Assembly (NCBI RefSeq): GCF_023055435.1
Contig: NW_025964112.1
Coordinates: 62,310,001-62,374,000 of the forward strand
DNA from: Haliotis rufescens
Taxonomy: Eukaryota
Direction of reading: 5' to 3'
Length of the DNA stretch: 64,000 nucleotides
The notes below the pieces were generated by a model. That model did no database searches and was not told the origin of the DNA. It saw only the letters and a list, made by a program, of their open reading frames with translations. The translations under genes were made by a program, and so were the position numbers. The stretch's first letter is position 1, and each line of letters opens with the position of its first letter. Shown here piece after piece: positions 52,757 to 64,000 of this stretch.

Positions 52757-55700
52757 GTTAGGTACAGAATAAGACTTGGGGTATTACATATGATAGGCCA
52801 TGAAGTATTAGGCACAGTATAAGATTTGGAGTATTAAATATTATAGGACATGAAGCATAGGTACAGTATAAGATCTGGAGTATTACATATTATAGGACAT
52901 GAAGTATTAGGTACAGTATAAGATCTGGTGTATTACATATTATAGGACATGAAGCATTAGGCACAGTAAAAGATCTGGAGTATTACATATCATAGACCAT
53001 GAAGTATTAGGCACAGTATAAGATCTGGAGTATTACATATTATAGGCCATGAAGTATTAGGCACAGTATAAGACTTGGAGTATTACGTATTTTAGGACAT
53101 GAAGTATTAGGTACAGTGTAAGACTTGGAGTATTTCATATTATAGGACATGAAGCATTAGGCACAGTATAAGATCTGGTGTATTACGTATTTTAGGACAT
53201 GAAGTATTAGGTACAGTATAAGATCTGGTGTATTACATAGTATAGGACTTAAAGTATTGGGTACAGTATAAGATGTGGAGTATTATATATTATAGGACAT
53301 GGAGCATTAGGCACAGTATAAGATCTGGAGTATTACATATTATAGGACATGAAGCATTAGGCACAGTATAAGATCTGGTGTATTACATAGTAGAGGACTT
53401 AAAGTATTAGGTACAGTATAAGATCTGGTGTATTACATAGTATAGGACTTAAAGTATTAGGTACAGTATAAGATCTGGTGTATTACATAGTATATGACTT
53501 AAAGTATTAGGTACAGTATAAGATCTGGTGTATTACATAGTATAGGACTTAAAGTATTAGGTATAACATAAGATCTGGAGTATTACGTATTTAAGGACAT
53601 GAAGTATTAGGTACAGTATAAGATCTGGAGTATTACGTATTTAAGGACATGAAGTATTAGGTACAGTATAAGATCTGGTGTATTACATATTATAGGACAT
53701 GAAGCATAAGGCACAGTATAAGATCTGGTGTATTACATAGTAGAGGACTTAAAGTATTAGGTATAACATAAGATCTGGAGTATTATATATTATAGGACAT
53801 GAAGCATTAGGCACAGTATAAGATCTGGAGTATTACATAGTATAGGACTTAAAGTATTAGGTACAGTATAAGACTTGGAGTATTACGTATTTTAGTAGAT
53901 GAAGTATTAGGTACAGAATAGGATCTGGAGTATTACATATTATAGGCCATGAAGTATTAGGTATAGTATAAGATCTGGAGTATTACGTATTTAAGGTCAT
54001 GAAGTATTAGGTACAGTATAAGACTTGGAGTATTACATATTATAGGACATGGAGCATTAGGCACAGTATAAGATCTGGTGTATTACATAGTAGAGGACTT
54101 AAAGTATTAGGTATAGAATAAGATCTGGAGTATTATATATTATATGACTTGAATTATTAGGTATAGTTTAAGACTTGGAGTATTACATAGTGTAGGACTT
54201 AAAGTATTAGGTACAGTATAAGACTTGGAGTATAACGTATTTTAGGACATGAAGTATTAGGTATAGTATAAGATCTGGTGTATTATATATTTTAGGACAT
54301 GAAGTATTAGGTACAGTATACGATCTGGTGTATTATATATTATTGGACATGAAGTATTAGGTATAGTATAAGATCTGATGTATTATATATTATAGGCCAT
54401 GAAGTATTAGGTACAGTATAAGACTTGGGGTATTACATAGTATAGGGCATAGAGTATTAGGTGTAGTATAAGATCTGGAGTATTATATATTATAGGCCAT
54501 GAAGTATTAAGTATAGCATAAGACTTGGAGTATTACATCGTATAGAATTTGAAATATTTAGTATAGTATAAGATCTGGGATATCACATCGTATAGAATTT
54601 GAAATATTGCGTATAGTATACAATCTGGAGTAGTATATATTATAGGCCATGAAGTATTATGTATAGTATAAGACTTGGAGTATTACATATTATAGGACAT
54701 GAAGTATTAGGTGTAGTATAAGATCTGGAGTATTATATATTAAATGACTTGAAGTATTAGATATAGTATAAGACTTGGAGTATTACATCGTATAGAATTT
54801 GAGGTATTGGGTATAGTATACGATCTGGAGTATTATATAATATAGGACATGAAGTATTAGGTATAGTATAAGACTTGGAGTATTACATCGTATAGAATTT
54901 GAAGTATAGGGTATAGTATACGATCTGGAGTATTATATAATATAGGACATGAAGTATTAGGTATAGTATAAGACTTGGAGTATTACATCGTATAGAATTT
55001 GAAGTTTTGGGTATAGTATACGATCTGGAGTATTATCTAATATAGGACATGAAGTATTAGGTATGGAATGAGACTTTGAGTATTACATAGTGTATGACAT
55101 GAAGTATTAGGAATAGTATTACGTCTGGTGTTTTACATAGAATAGCACATGAAGTATTATGTATAGTAAAAGTCTTTGTATTTTAAGTTGTATAGGACAT
55201 GAAGTATGAAGTATACTATTAGACATATTACATTACATTGTATAGGACTGGAAGTATTGGAAACAGTATTAGACTTGTATTACATAGTATAGGACGTAAA
55301 GAATTACGTATAAGACTTGAATTATATAGGACCTATGTTTAATATTATAGTATACAGCTCATTGTATTACATAGTATAGGACTAGTATTACATAGTATAG
55401 GACTTAACATATAACGTATAGTATAAGACATGTTGCACTGTATATTATTAAACGTGAAGTATAAGGTACATAATGTGATTTGGTGTATAGTACATAGTAT
55501 AGAACTTGAAGTTGTAGCAATAGTATAAAACATGTTGTATTGTATAGTAATGGACTTAGAAATGTATAGAAATATTATATATAGTATACGACTTATGTAT
55601 TTATCACATAGTATATCACTTGTAGAATTTAGTATAGTATAAGGTTTGTGTATTACATAGTATAGGACTTGAAGTATTAAGTATTGTATAAGGCATATTG

Positions 55701-55950
55701 CATTACATAGTAATAGGACTTGAAGTATTAAGTATTGTATAAGGCATATTGCATTAAATAGTATAGGACTTGAAGGATTTTATGTATAAGGTATAGTTTA
55801 AGACATGTATTATATAATATTAAACTTGAAGTATGTGGTATGATATACGGCTGGTTGAAATACATAGTATAGGACTTGAAGTATTAGGTTTAGTATTATA
55901 TTTATATATTTATTATATAGTATAGGACTTGAAGTATTAGGTATAGTATC
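52757..55950. repeat. 50-bp minisatellite (GTACAGTATAAGATCTGGAGTATTACATATTATAGGACATGAAGTATTAG), ~60 copies decaying to the right
   Basis: Exact 50-bp register from 52860 to 55170, then degenerate. Confidence 0.96.
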
Positions 55951-56399
55951 ACATTTGGACTAGTAGTAGAAGAAACCGTTTTATTGTATCTAGGGCCTCC
56001 AGGACATATGAAAAGTGATGCATAGGTATATTATTGTGTGCAACATCTTACGCATTCTCTCATGTTTATAGCTTGGTACATAAATACTGTGTTGGTATTT
56101 ACAGATAGCAGATAGCAGATAACATTTGGATGAAGTATATTTGTTAGGTAAATACTTCGTTCTGAAGTGTTGATACACTTTACAACAGAATACAAAACAC
56201 AATTCATCTTCAACCCTTTTGAAAAGTAATGTGCATATATTCTTATCCTTTTTGCTAATAGATTTTTTTTTTATTAACTGCCACAACTAGATCTAACAAG
56301 TCCATTTTTCTACATACTGTCGGTTTAGTTATCTCAGCTTGTGAGTACGTTTGGCCTCCCTTTCAGCAATATTCAAGTAATATCACGGCTTCTGCTCGG

Positions 56400-57310
56400 A
56401 TTGGCAAAACCCAAACAAGGAAATTTAGCCAAGAAGTTTAACTTAAGGTATATCGATGACCTGATATCGCTCAATAACGGTCAAAGAGCCAATTCCTTTC
56501 CACTGATTTAACCACCTGAACCAAAAATAAGTGAAACTGCATCATCTGTTTCATATTTAGATCTAAGCATAAACATTCAGAGTGACAGAAAATTATCCAC
56601 AAGGCTGTTTAACAAGAGGAATTACTTCAGCTTACCAATCGCCCACTTTAACTTGATGTCGAGCAATAGTCTTGCAGGTCCAGCCTTTGGTGTCTACATT
56701 TCACAACCTTTAGGAACAATCGAGCATGCCCTTTCTGCAGGGGGCACGGGTGGCCCAGTTGCGTCCCTTGGGCACGCCAGAAACCTTTGATTGTGGGTTC
56801 GAATCCCGGTTCGCCCCGATTATGTTTCTAGGTTTGTCAGCACCCTACCCGTGCTCGTGGGTTTCACCGAAGTGGTAAACGTCTGAGACCTGCATCACGT
56901 CGGGCTTTCCTCCCACATTAAGCTGACACGCCGTGATATAACTGGAATATTGTTAAAAGCGACGTTAAACTCACACACTCACTCACTCACCTATCTGCAG
57001 AGTTTTCATAAAGCATCATATGACTCTTTGCTCAAAAGTTTGTTGATGAAGGTTACAACATTCAAGGCCTCAGTCATGCTTTCAAAAAGGTTTATGGTAG
57101 ACAAGTGAAGGACATTTCAAAATTTGATGCAATGTACGTTGCAATTCCCATTTTACCTTGTACAATATGTTCCCGCGTTTATACAGGTGAACAACTGACT
57201 TGCCTTAAGTTTGCATGTGTTTGCAACGGTTGCCACAGTCTGGGCAGGATACTCTCACCTTCTCACGAACACCTGGGATCATCATTATTAAAGACATGCC
57301 TATGTAGAGA
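56400..57310 (+). mobile_element. Penelope-like retroelement remnant (RT C-terminal half plus 3' module), probably Naiad-type
   Basis: LAKKFNLRYIDDLISLNN (YIDD at 56449-56460), I*PPEPKISETASSVSYLDLSINI, LFNKRNYFSLPIAHFNLMSSNSLAGPAFGVYISQ, and after the SINE QKFVDEGYNIQGLSHAFKKVYGR. It has a stop codon and frameshifts, and no GIY-YIG is seen downstream. Confidence 0.85.
56741..56989 (+). mobile_element. SINE family B inserted into the RT remnant
   Basis: TSD CCT(T/A)TCTGCAG (56730-56740 / 56990-57000), with a short deletion in the head. Confidence 0.93.
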
Positions 57311-57977
57311 TTTCTTATGATTATGAAACTAGTCGCTTTCTGTTTGAAACAAGTGTATGAAATAGTCTAACTATATCAATATGAAGTGGCATCATATATG
57401 ATTTCTTTGACAGTCGTGTTGCGTGCAGTTCCAGGAGCCTGCACCCATACAATGCATATCACGCAAAGGAATGAACATATCTATGAGAACACTCCCAAAA
57501 CCACACAGTCAATATTAAGGAATGATTTATAATCAATTTAAGTAAGTTCCTAAGATGTTACAGAGTATGAGGCCTACTATAAGACTTGAGGCCTGATATA
57601 ATACTTTGAGTGTTAGAAAAAGAAGCGAATATTAAAGATGTTGTTGGACATAAACCATGATACACAAAATAGAGAATGGTGCATGTTATGATATTTGGCA
57701 TCTCATGAATTGTTTTATCAATTAACCTTCTGCATTCAATATAAACCATTTATAAATCTTCTCAAAACCATTAAGTTAAATTTTTCCAGGACCTTATACT
57801 TTTGAAAGATCCACATCTCTCAACGATATAGCATTAATGACTGTATAAGTGTATCATATACTATTACATTGCATGGGACTTGAGGGGTTAGATACAGCAT
57901 AAAACTTGGATGATGACACAAACATGCCTGAAACTTATAAGATTTGGGTTATAACGTAGTATTCGACGTGAATCATT

Positions 57978-58140
57978 AGTGAGTGAGTATGGTTTTACGC
58001 CGCTTCTAGCAATATTCCAGCAATATCACGGCGGGGAACACCAGAAATGGGCTTCACACATTGTACCCATGTCGGGATTCGAACCCGGGTCTTCGGCGTG
58101 ACGAGCGAACGCTTTAACCACTAGGTTACCCGACCGCCCC
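57978..58140 (-). mobile_element. SINE family A, full length
   Basis: Reverse complement of the family A consensus, with intact A and B boxes. Confidence 0.93.
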
Positions 58141-58444
58141 CGTAAAGCATGAAGTATAGCATACGAATTTGAGTGTAACATACTGTAAGACTAAGCGCTG
58201 TAGGCACAGTATAAGACCTGATTTGAAGTATAAGATGTAGTATACGACTTCGGGTGTTAGTCATTACATTTTAAGTTTAGTTTATATAGCACTGTACCTG
58301 AACTATTATGTATAGTATGCTTCAGTGTAAGACAGTAAGAATTTATGCATTGCATAGTATAGAACTTAGAGTATTAGACATTGTATTCGACGTGGAGTGG
58401 AGACTTAGAAAGTGGAAAAAAACTTAAGGCGTTGGGTATGCATT

Positions 58445-58985
58445 ATCATATATGTCATACAGTATGATAGGACAGTATCATATGCTCCATACAGTATGAT
58501 AGGACAGTACCACATGCTCCATACAGTATGGCAGTACAGTATCATATGTTCCATACATTATGATAGGACAGTATCATATGCTCCATACAGTATGATAGAA
58601 AAGTAGCATATGCTTTATACTGTATGATAGGACAGTATCATATGCTCCATACAGCATGACAGGACAGTACCATATATTCCATACAGTATGGCAGGACAGT
58701 ATCATATGTTCCATGCATTATGACATGACAGTACTATATATTCAATACAGTATGATAGGACAGTATCATATGCTCTATACAGTATGAAAGGACAGTATCA
58801 TATGTTCCATACATTATGATAGGACAGTATCATATGTTCCATACAGTATGACATGACAGTAGAATATACTCCATACAGTATGACATGACAGTATAATATG
58901 CTCCATGCAGTATGATAGGACAGTATCATATTCTCCATACAGTATGACAGGACAGTGCCATATGCTCCATACATTATGATGGGGC
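58445..58985. repeat. 32-bp minisatellite (ATGATAGGACAGTATCATATGCTCCATACAGT), ~17 copies
   Basis: Direct inspection. Confidence 0.94.
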
Positions 58986-59799
58986 ATTACCATCTTGGGC
59001 ATTGCCATAATCTATTCTATAGCCAAATCAAGTGGCAAGCAGAACTTTTGTAAATCAATGTCAATTAATTGAGTGATAATTCATCTCGACGAATTCTGCT
59101 TAAACCACATATTGACAAATGTATAATCAAAGTATATACATGCATACATATATAATTTCACACATTACTTTACATATTTATCAATATTAAAGAGATAGAA
59201 CTTAGAAAAACAGCTTAATATGTCCTATAACTGGATCTCGTATACACCATAGACTTATATAATGCCCCAGCTGTTGACAGATAAAGAATTTAAGGGATGG
59301 CCTTCGAATGTTAACAACGTGTTTCAGGTGTAAGGACACAATTGTGAATTGCATCTCAACGGTTTACTGGTTACATAGTCTGCGTATGTGTAACATATAT
59401 GTCAGTCAACATACTTAATGCAAACAGGATACACAACATAACGTTTACATCAACTATCTAATGATAAAAATACATGACATTTTGACTTTCAAATGATTGA
59501 GTGAATCAAGTTATTCAAAGTGGCACTTCTGTCTCACAAGCATAGCAACGGTTCATTTCTGAAATATGATGTATCGATATGCTAAACGTTAGACGTTTTA
59601 AAACTACAACACGGAGAGCAAAGACGGTTCTGGCCTATTAACATAATTTATACATATTTCTTTTTCAAACCGTTCAAAACTAAATGTGTGACAACTGTAT
59701 TTGTAGCCCGTGAAGTGAAGATTCGTCAGTTCATGTAGATGTAGGTATCTAGAAACCATATGGTGAGAACTGCTCTGCGGTGACTGCTATATATATATA

Positions 59800-59925
59800 C
59801 TACTCACAAGAAGTTAAAGAACACCCGATTTGTTCATATGACCATAGACATCATCTGTCATGGCTGTCAGGTAATGCAACACACAGTCTTCCAATTGTGG
59901 GTGTTCTTTAACTTGTTTTGAGCAG
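59800..59925. mobile_element. Tc1/mariner-type mini-MITE (126 bp)
   Basis: 27-bp TIR CT(A/G)CTCA(C/A)AA(G/C)AAGTTAAAGAACACCC (24/27 match), TA flanks, inserted in a (TA)n run. Confidence 0.85.
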
Positions 59926-59939
59926 TATATGTATTCATA

Positions 59940-60390
59940 CACACACACCCTCTCCTCCCTCCTCCCTCTCCCTCTTCTTCACCCACCTANNNNNNNNNNN
60001 NNNNNNNNNNNNNNNNNNNNNNNNNNNNNNNNNNNNNNNNNNNNNNNNNNNNNNNNNNNNNNNNNNNNNNNNNNNNNNNNNNNNNNNNNNNNNNNNNNNN
60101 NNNNNNNNNNNNNNNNNNNNNNNNNNNNNNNNNNNNNNNNNNNNNNNNNNNNNNNNNNNNNNNNNNNNNNNNGCTCTCTCCCTCTCCCTCTTTCTTTCTC
60201 TCTCTCTCTCCCTCTCTCACCCCTCTNNNNNNNNNNNNNNNNNNNNNNNNNNNNNNNNNNNNNNNNNNNNNNNNNNNNNNNNNNNNNNNNNNNNNNNNNN
60301 NNNNNNNNNNNNNNNNNNNNNNNNNNNNNNNNNNNNNNNNNNNNNNNNNNNNNNNNNNNNNNNNNNNNNNNNNNNNNNNNNNNNNNATCC
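59940..60390. repeat. (CT)-rich microsatellite region with two N gaps
   Basis: Direct inspection. Confidence 0.85.
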
Positions 60391-60934
60391 TCCTTTTTTC
60401 TGGAGTTGAACAGCAGTAGAATGCTTCTTGTAACCTCGCCCATCACTCTCACACGACGGGTATTACCGGTTTCAAATGATTCATGATTTGTCGTTTCCAG
60501 TTTACTCCTTTCATATGACAGTGATATGGGTATAACTACCCCTAAGGCTTTGGTGTTCTCGTAGCACTTTGTGGTCTCGACTTGGTGTACACAGCCCTAA
60601 CCCACATACTAGGATGTCCTACAGGTGTGCCGTGTTTCCCTTGTCCCTCGCTCGAGGGTGTAATGTAGGCATTACCATTGACCTCATCCTGACCGGTAGA
60701 CCTTACTACGAGAACCCACGAGACAATGAGATGACCACCTGTATGTGTATCATGTACGTGGTTGCATGTAGCAGAAAAAACAGTACAACTTCTTGTCGAA
60801 GTAACGACTTCTCCAAAATGTACCCAAGGTCACAACGTCAACAACGATACTCTGATTATCTTACATATTTGAACCCAAATACATTTTGTATTTTAATGGA
60901 CACCATAATGGGAATAATAATTATTTTCTTACAA

Positions 60935-61100
60935 GTGAGTGAGTGAATATGGCTTTACGCCGCTTCTGGCAATATTCCATCTATATCACGGCAGGGGACA
61001 CCAGAAATGGGTTGAACACATTTTACCCATGTGGGGAATCGAACCCGGGCCTTCGGCGTGACGTGCGAACGCCTTAACCACTACGCTACCCCGCCAACCC
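60935..61100 (-). mobile_element. SINE family A, full length
   Basis: 13-bp TSD TAT(T/C)TTCTTACAA (60922-60934 / 61101-61113). Confidence 0.92.
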
Positions 61101-62138
61101 TATCTTCTTACAAAGTAACCTTTTATGGAGATCGACATCAAAAGCCAACACACTTCATTAAAATCTTTTAATATGTGCTTTCTCGTCACTGCCATGGAAA
61201 GAATCACATGTCCATTTCAAGTCAATGTCATAAAAAGAATAACATGTATATTTTACGTCAATGTCATGGGAAGGATAACATGTATATTTCAAGAAGCCAA
61301 AACGCTACTATATACTCTGACATGGTACATGATAAGGATGTTCTGTACTGATGGTACAATGTCCATGAGTCGGTATGAACTGCGGCTGACTTATATAAGA
61401 TTGAAACATTACACGTTACATAACTAATAGGTAATGTCAATGATGGAAGGCAGGAAACAAATCTATGTGTAGGCATAAGGGACATTCTGTCACGTTGAAT
61501 CCTCCCCAATCCACGTTGTCCTCCATATTTCTTGGCAACGTGCAGTAATTTAAGTATTAATGTCGACCTCTTCATAACACAAGAAACCCATTGACACAAT
61601 GCACCAATGAACACAATACCTCAACTCACAAATGCTGCTTTTGATATTACTATATTACGCAATCAATACTTCATTTCATCATTGATTGAATAGTAATCAC
61701 TCATACTCACTGAGCGCTTGTGGCGTCATTTTAAAGCAAAATTATCTGTTTGGTTGCGAATGAACCAGTTCTCGATCGTCAGCAAACCGGCGCATATTCA
61801 CAATCGGCATACGACATCGTATTGTGAATAAACACAATGCAGTCCATCACATTCAAATACGCTCTACTTAAAACAGTGTAGGTTTAGACCGATATAAAAA
61901 TGGATTGCCACATTTATACTCGAACGACCTTGACCTCGCCGTTGTGTCATTACGGTAGGGATAACAAGGACACTCGGCCGCGAGGTGAGGTAGTGATTGT
62001 GTTGGCGTTATTTGCGGCGTATGTACAACAACAGTTGGATGTTTTGATATGTAGACGCGTGGAGCCTGAAACATTCACAAATACACACTTTTGTCGCACT
62101 GTACATGGACTGCGTGATCCGTTGGACGCGTCAGAGGT

Positions 62139-62580
62139 GGTGGTAAAATGAGATTTAACGTTGCGTTCAAGATTATTGCACTCATGAAAGTGTGTGTGCG
62201 TGCGAGTGCNNNNNNNNNNNNNNNNNNNNNNNNNNNNNNNNNNNNNNNNNNNNNNNNNNNNNNNNNNNNNNNNNNNNNNNNNNNNNNNNNNNNNNNNNNN
62301 NNNNNNNNNNNNNNNNNNNNNNNNNNNNNNNNNNNNNNNNNNNNNNNNNNNNNNNNNNNNNNNNNNTCGGTTTAATAGTGGTAGCGCTCTGAGAAGAGTT
62401 CTCAGATACCCACTCGGACACAGTAAACTGACTCCGAGCCGACCAGTTTTATCATCTGTAAAACGGACGCCAGGCAGGGTAACAATAAGTACCATCTTTT
62501 AATGTATTTTTGTATACAATGATCGAACCACCGACCTTTCGCTTTCCAGGCAGAAGTTCAGCGACGCAGACAACAGCGGG
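62139..62580 (-). mobile_element. SINE family C spanning an N gap
   Basis: CAAGATTATTGCACT tail, ACTGACTCCGAGCCGACCAGT core, CAGGGTAACAATAAGTACCATCTTTTAA, and GATCGAACC B box. Confidence 0.8.
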
Positions 62581-62622
62581 GAATAAACATGCAAAATTTA
62601 TACATATAACACCATGATCTCT

Positions 62623-62771
62623 CCTAGTGGTTAAAGCGTTCGCTCGTCAAGCCGAAGACCCGGGTTCGATTCCCGACATGGGCACAATGTATGAAGCCCA
62701 TTTCTGGTGTGCCCCGCCGTGATATTGCTGGAATATTGCTAAAAGCGGCGTAAAACCATACTCACTCACTC
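62623..62771 (+). mobile_element. SINE family A
   Basis: CCTAGTGGTTAAAGCGTTCGCTCGTC..GGTTCGATTCCC..AAAAGCGGCGTAAAACCATACTCACTCACTC. Confidence 0.93.
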
Positions 62772-62919
62772 CGTGCAAGACTGGTAGGTGTCTGGAGAAT
62801 ATACTCATTTCAATCGCTATACTACAAGAACGTTCATACCAAATACTGCTATCTGTGTTCATGTATAGCCATTTGAAAGAAACTGTTTGATACACGCACG
62901 TGCATTCTAGACGATATAT

Positions 62920-63010
62920 TTTTATGACGGGTGCCACCGGATACGTTCACCTTGTCGCGAACACCTGGTGTCATCAATGTTTGTTAAGGGTTCAAAAACA
63001 CATGCTTTTG
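62920..63010 (+). mobile_element. Solo 3' module of the Penelope-like element
   Basis: ATGACGGGTGCCACCGGATACGTTCACCTTGTCGCGAACACCTGGTGTCATCA. Confidence 0.75.
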
Positions 63011-63121
63011 AGTGCAAGAGAGAGAGAGAGAGAGGAGTATGTGGTTGTCACATGACCAGTTGTGTCGCTAAAATTATCATAGAATGTACAAATTGATATT
63101 TCAACAGTGTTGGAAGATGTC

Positions 63122-63313
63122 AATAGTAGTAGTNNNNNNNNNNNNNNNNNNNNNNNNNNNNNNNNNNNNNNNNNNNNNNNNNNNNNNNNNNNNNNNNNNN
63201 NNNNNNNNNNNNNNNNNNNNNNNNNNNNNNNNNNNNNNNNNNNNNNNNNNNNNNNNNNNNNTAGTAGTAGTGATAGTAGCAGTAGTAGTAGTAGTAGTGG
63301 TAGTAGCAGTGGT

Positions 63314-63351
<38 letters not shown>

Positions 63352-63840
63352 TAGTAATAGCAGCAGTAGTAGTAGTAGAAGTGGTAGTAGTAGTAGTAGT
63401 AATACAAATAGTAGTAGTAGTAGTAGTTGTTGTAGTAGTAGAAGTGGGAGTAGCAGCAGTAGTAGTAGTAGAAGTGGTAGTAGTAGTAGTAGTAGTAATA
63501 ATACAAATAGTAGTAGTAGTAGTTGTTGTAGTAGAAGTGGGAGTAGCAGCAGTAGTAGTAGTAGAAGTGGTAGTAGTAGTAGTAATACAAATAGTAGTAG
63601 TAGTAGTTGTTGTTGTAGAAGTGGGAGTAGCAGCAGTAGTAGTAGTAGAAGTGGTAGTAGTAGTAGTAATACAAATAGTAGTAGTAGTAGTTGTAGTAGA
63701 AGTGGGAGTAGCAGAAGGAGAGGTTGTTGTTGATAAAGAAGTGGTAGTAGTAGTAACACTAGTAGTGGTAGTAGTAATAGTAGTTGTTGTTGTTTTAGTA
63801 GCAGTAGCAGTAGCTGTAGTTGTTGTAGTTGTAGTTTTTT
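63122..63840. repeat. (TAG)n microsatellite with ~4 higher-order units of roughly 90-110 bp; N gap
   Basis: The landmarks AATACAAATAG and AGAAGTGGGAGTAGCAG recur four times. Confidence 0.95.
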
Positions 63841-64000
63841 TACGTTGTACCTGACGTTATCATACTTGTTCGTGAAGCTAAAGCACAATAAATATCGACA
63901 CAGAAAGCTGTAATAATTGTCCTGATCAATGTCACTGGTGATTATACTGACAGTATCATGGGATTACACTGACAGTATCAGGTGATTATACTGACAGTAT

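Noticed and set aside
49540-55950. CRISPR-like regular repeats
   Set aside because: These are head-to-tail tandem units with no unique spacers and no cas genes, in a eukaryotic context.
57978-58140. tRNA genes (A/B boxes here and at 25630-25705, 25789, 61040-61100, 62623)
   Set aside because: The heads run straight into SINE bodies with simple-repeat tails and often TSDs, and no complete cloverleaf or acceptor stem is present.

Overview
AT-rich, repeat-dense animal genomic DNA, most likely a mollusc. The SINE families resemble those I recall from abalone (Haliotis); that assignment is inference. There is one convincing host gene, a two-exon sclerostin/SOSTDC1 (Wise/ectodin)-like secreted cystine-knot protein on the + strand. 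Exon 1 (31440-31602) encodes the signal peptide, a 14.6-kb phase-1 intron follows, and exon 2 (46227-46636) encodes the cystine knot and a polybasic tail, for 190 aa in total. The rest is mobile DNA and tandem repeats: two Tc1-type transposon remnants (one interrupted by an hAT MITE), two TA-flanked MITEs, two Penelope-like (probably Naiad-type) reverse-transcriptase remnants, a dispersed structured 3' module of that element, at least four tRNA-derived SINE families sharing a related 3' tail, about ten minisatellite arrays (21-69 bp units), and microsatellite-associated N gaps. Nearly all long ORFs in the supplied track are artefacts of tandem repeats. The most interesting observations are the SOSTDC1-like protein lacking the NxI LRP5/6-binding motif, the conserved structured RNA module behind the RT, and an inverted SINE pair just upstream of exon 2. 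Repeat boundaries are approximate unless a TSD or TIR is given.
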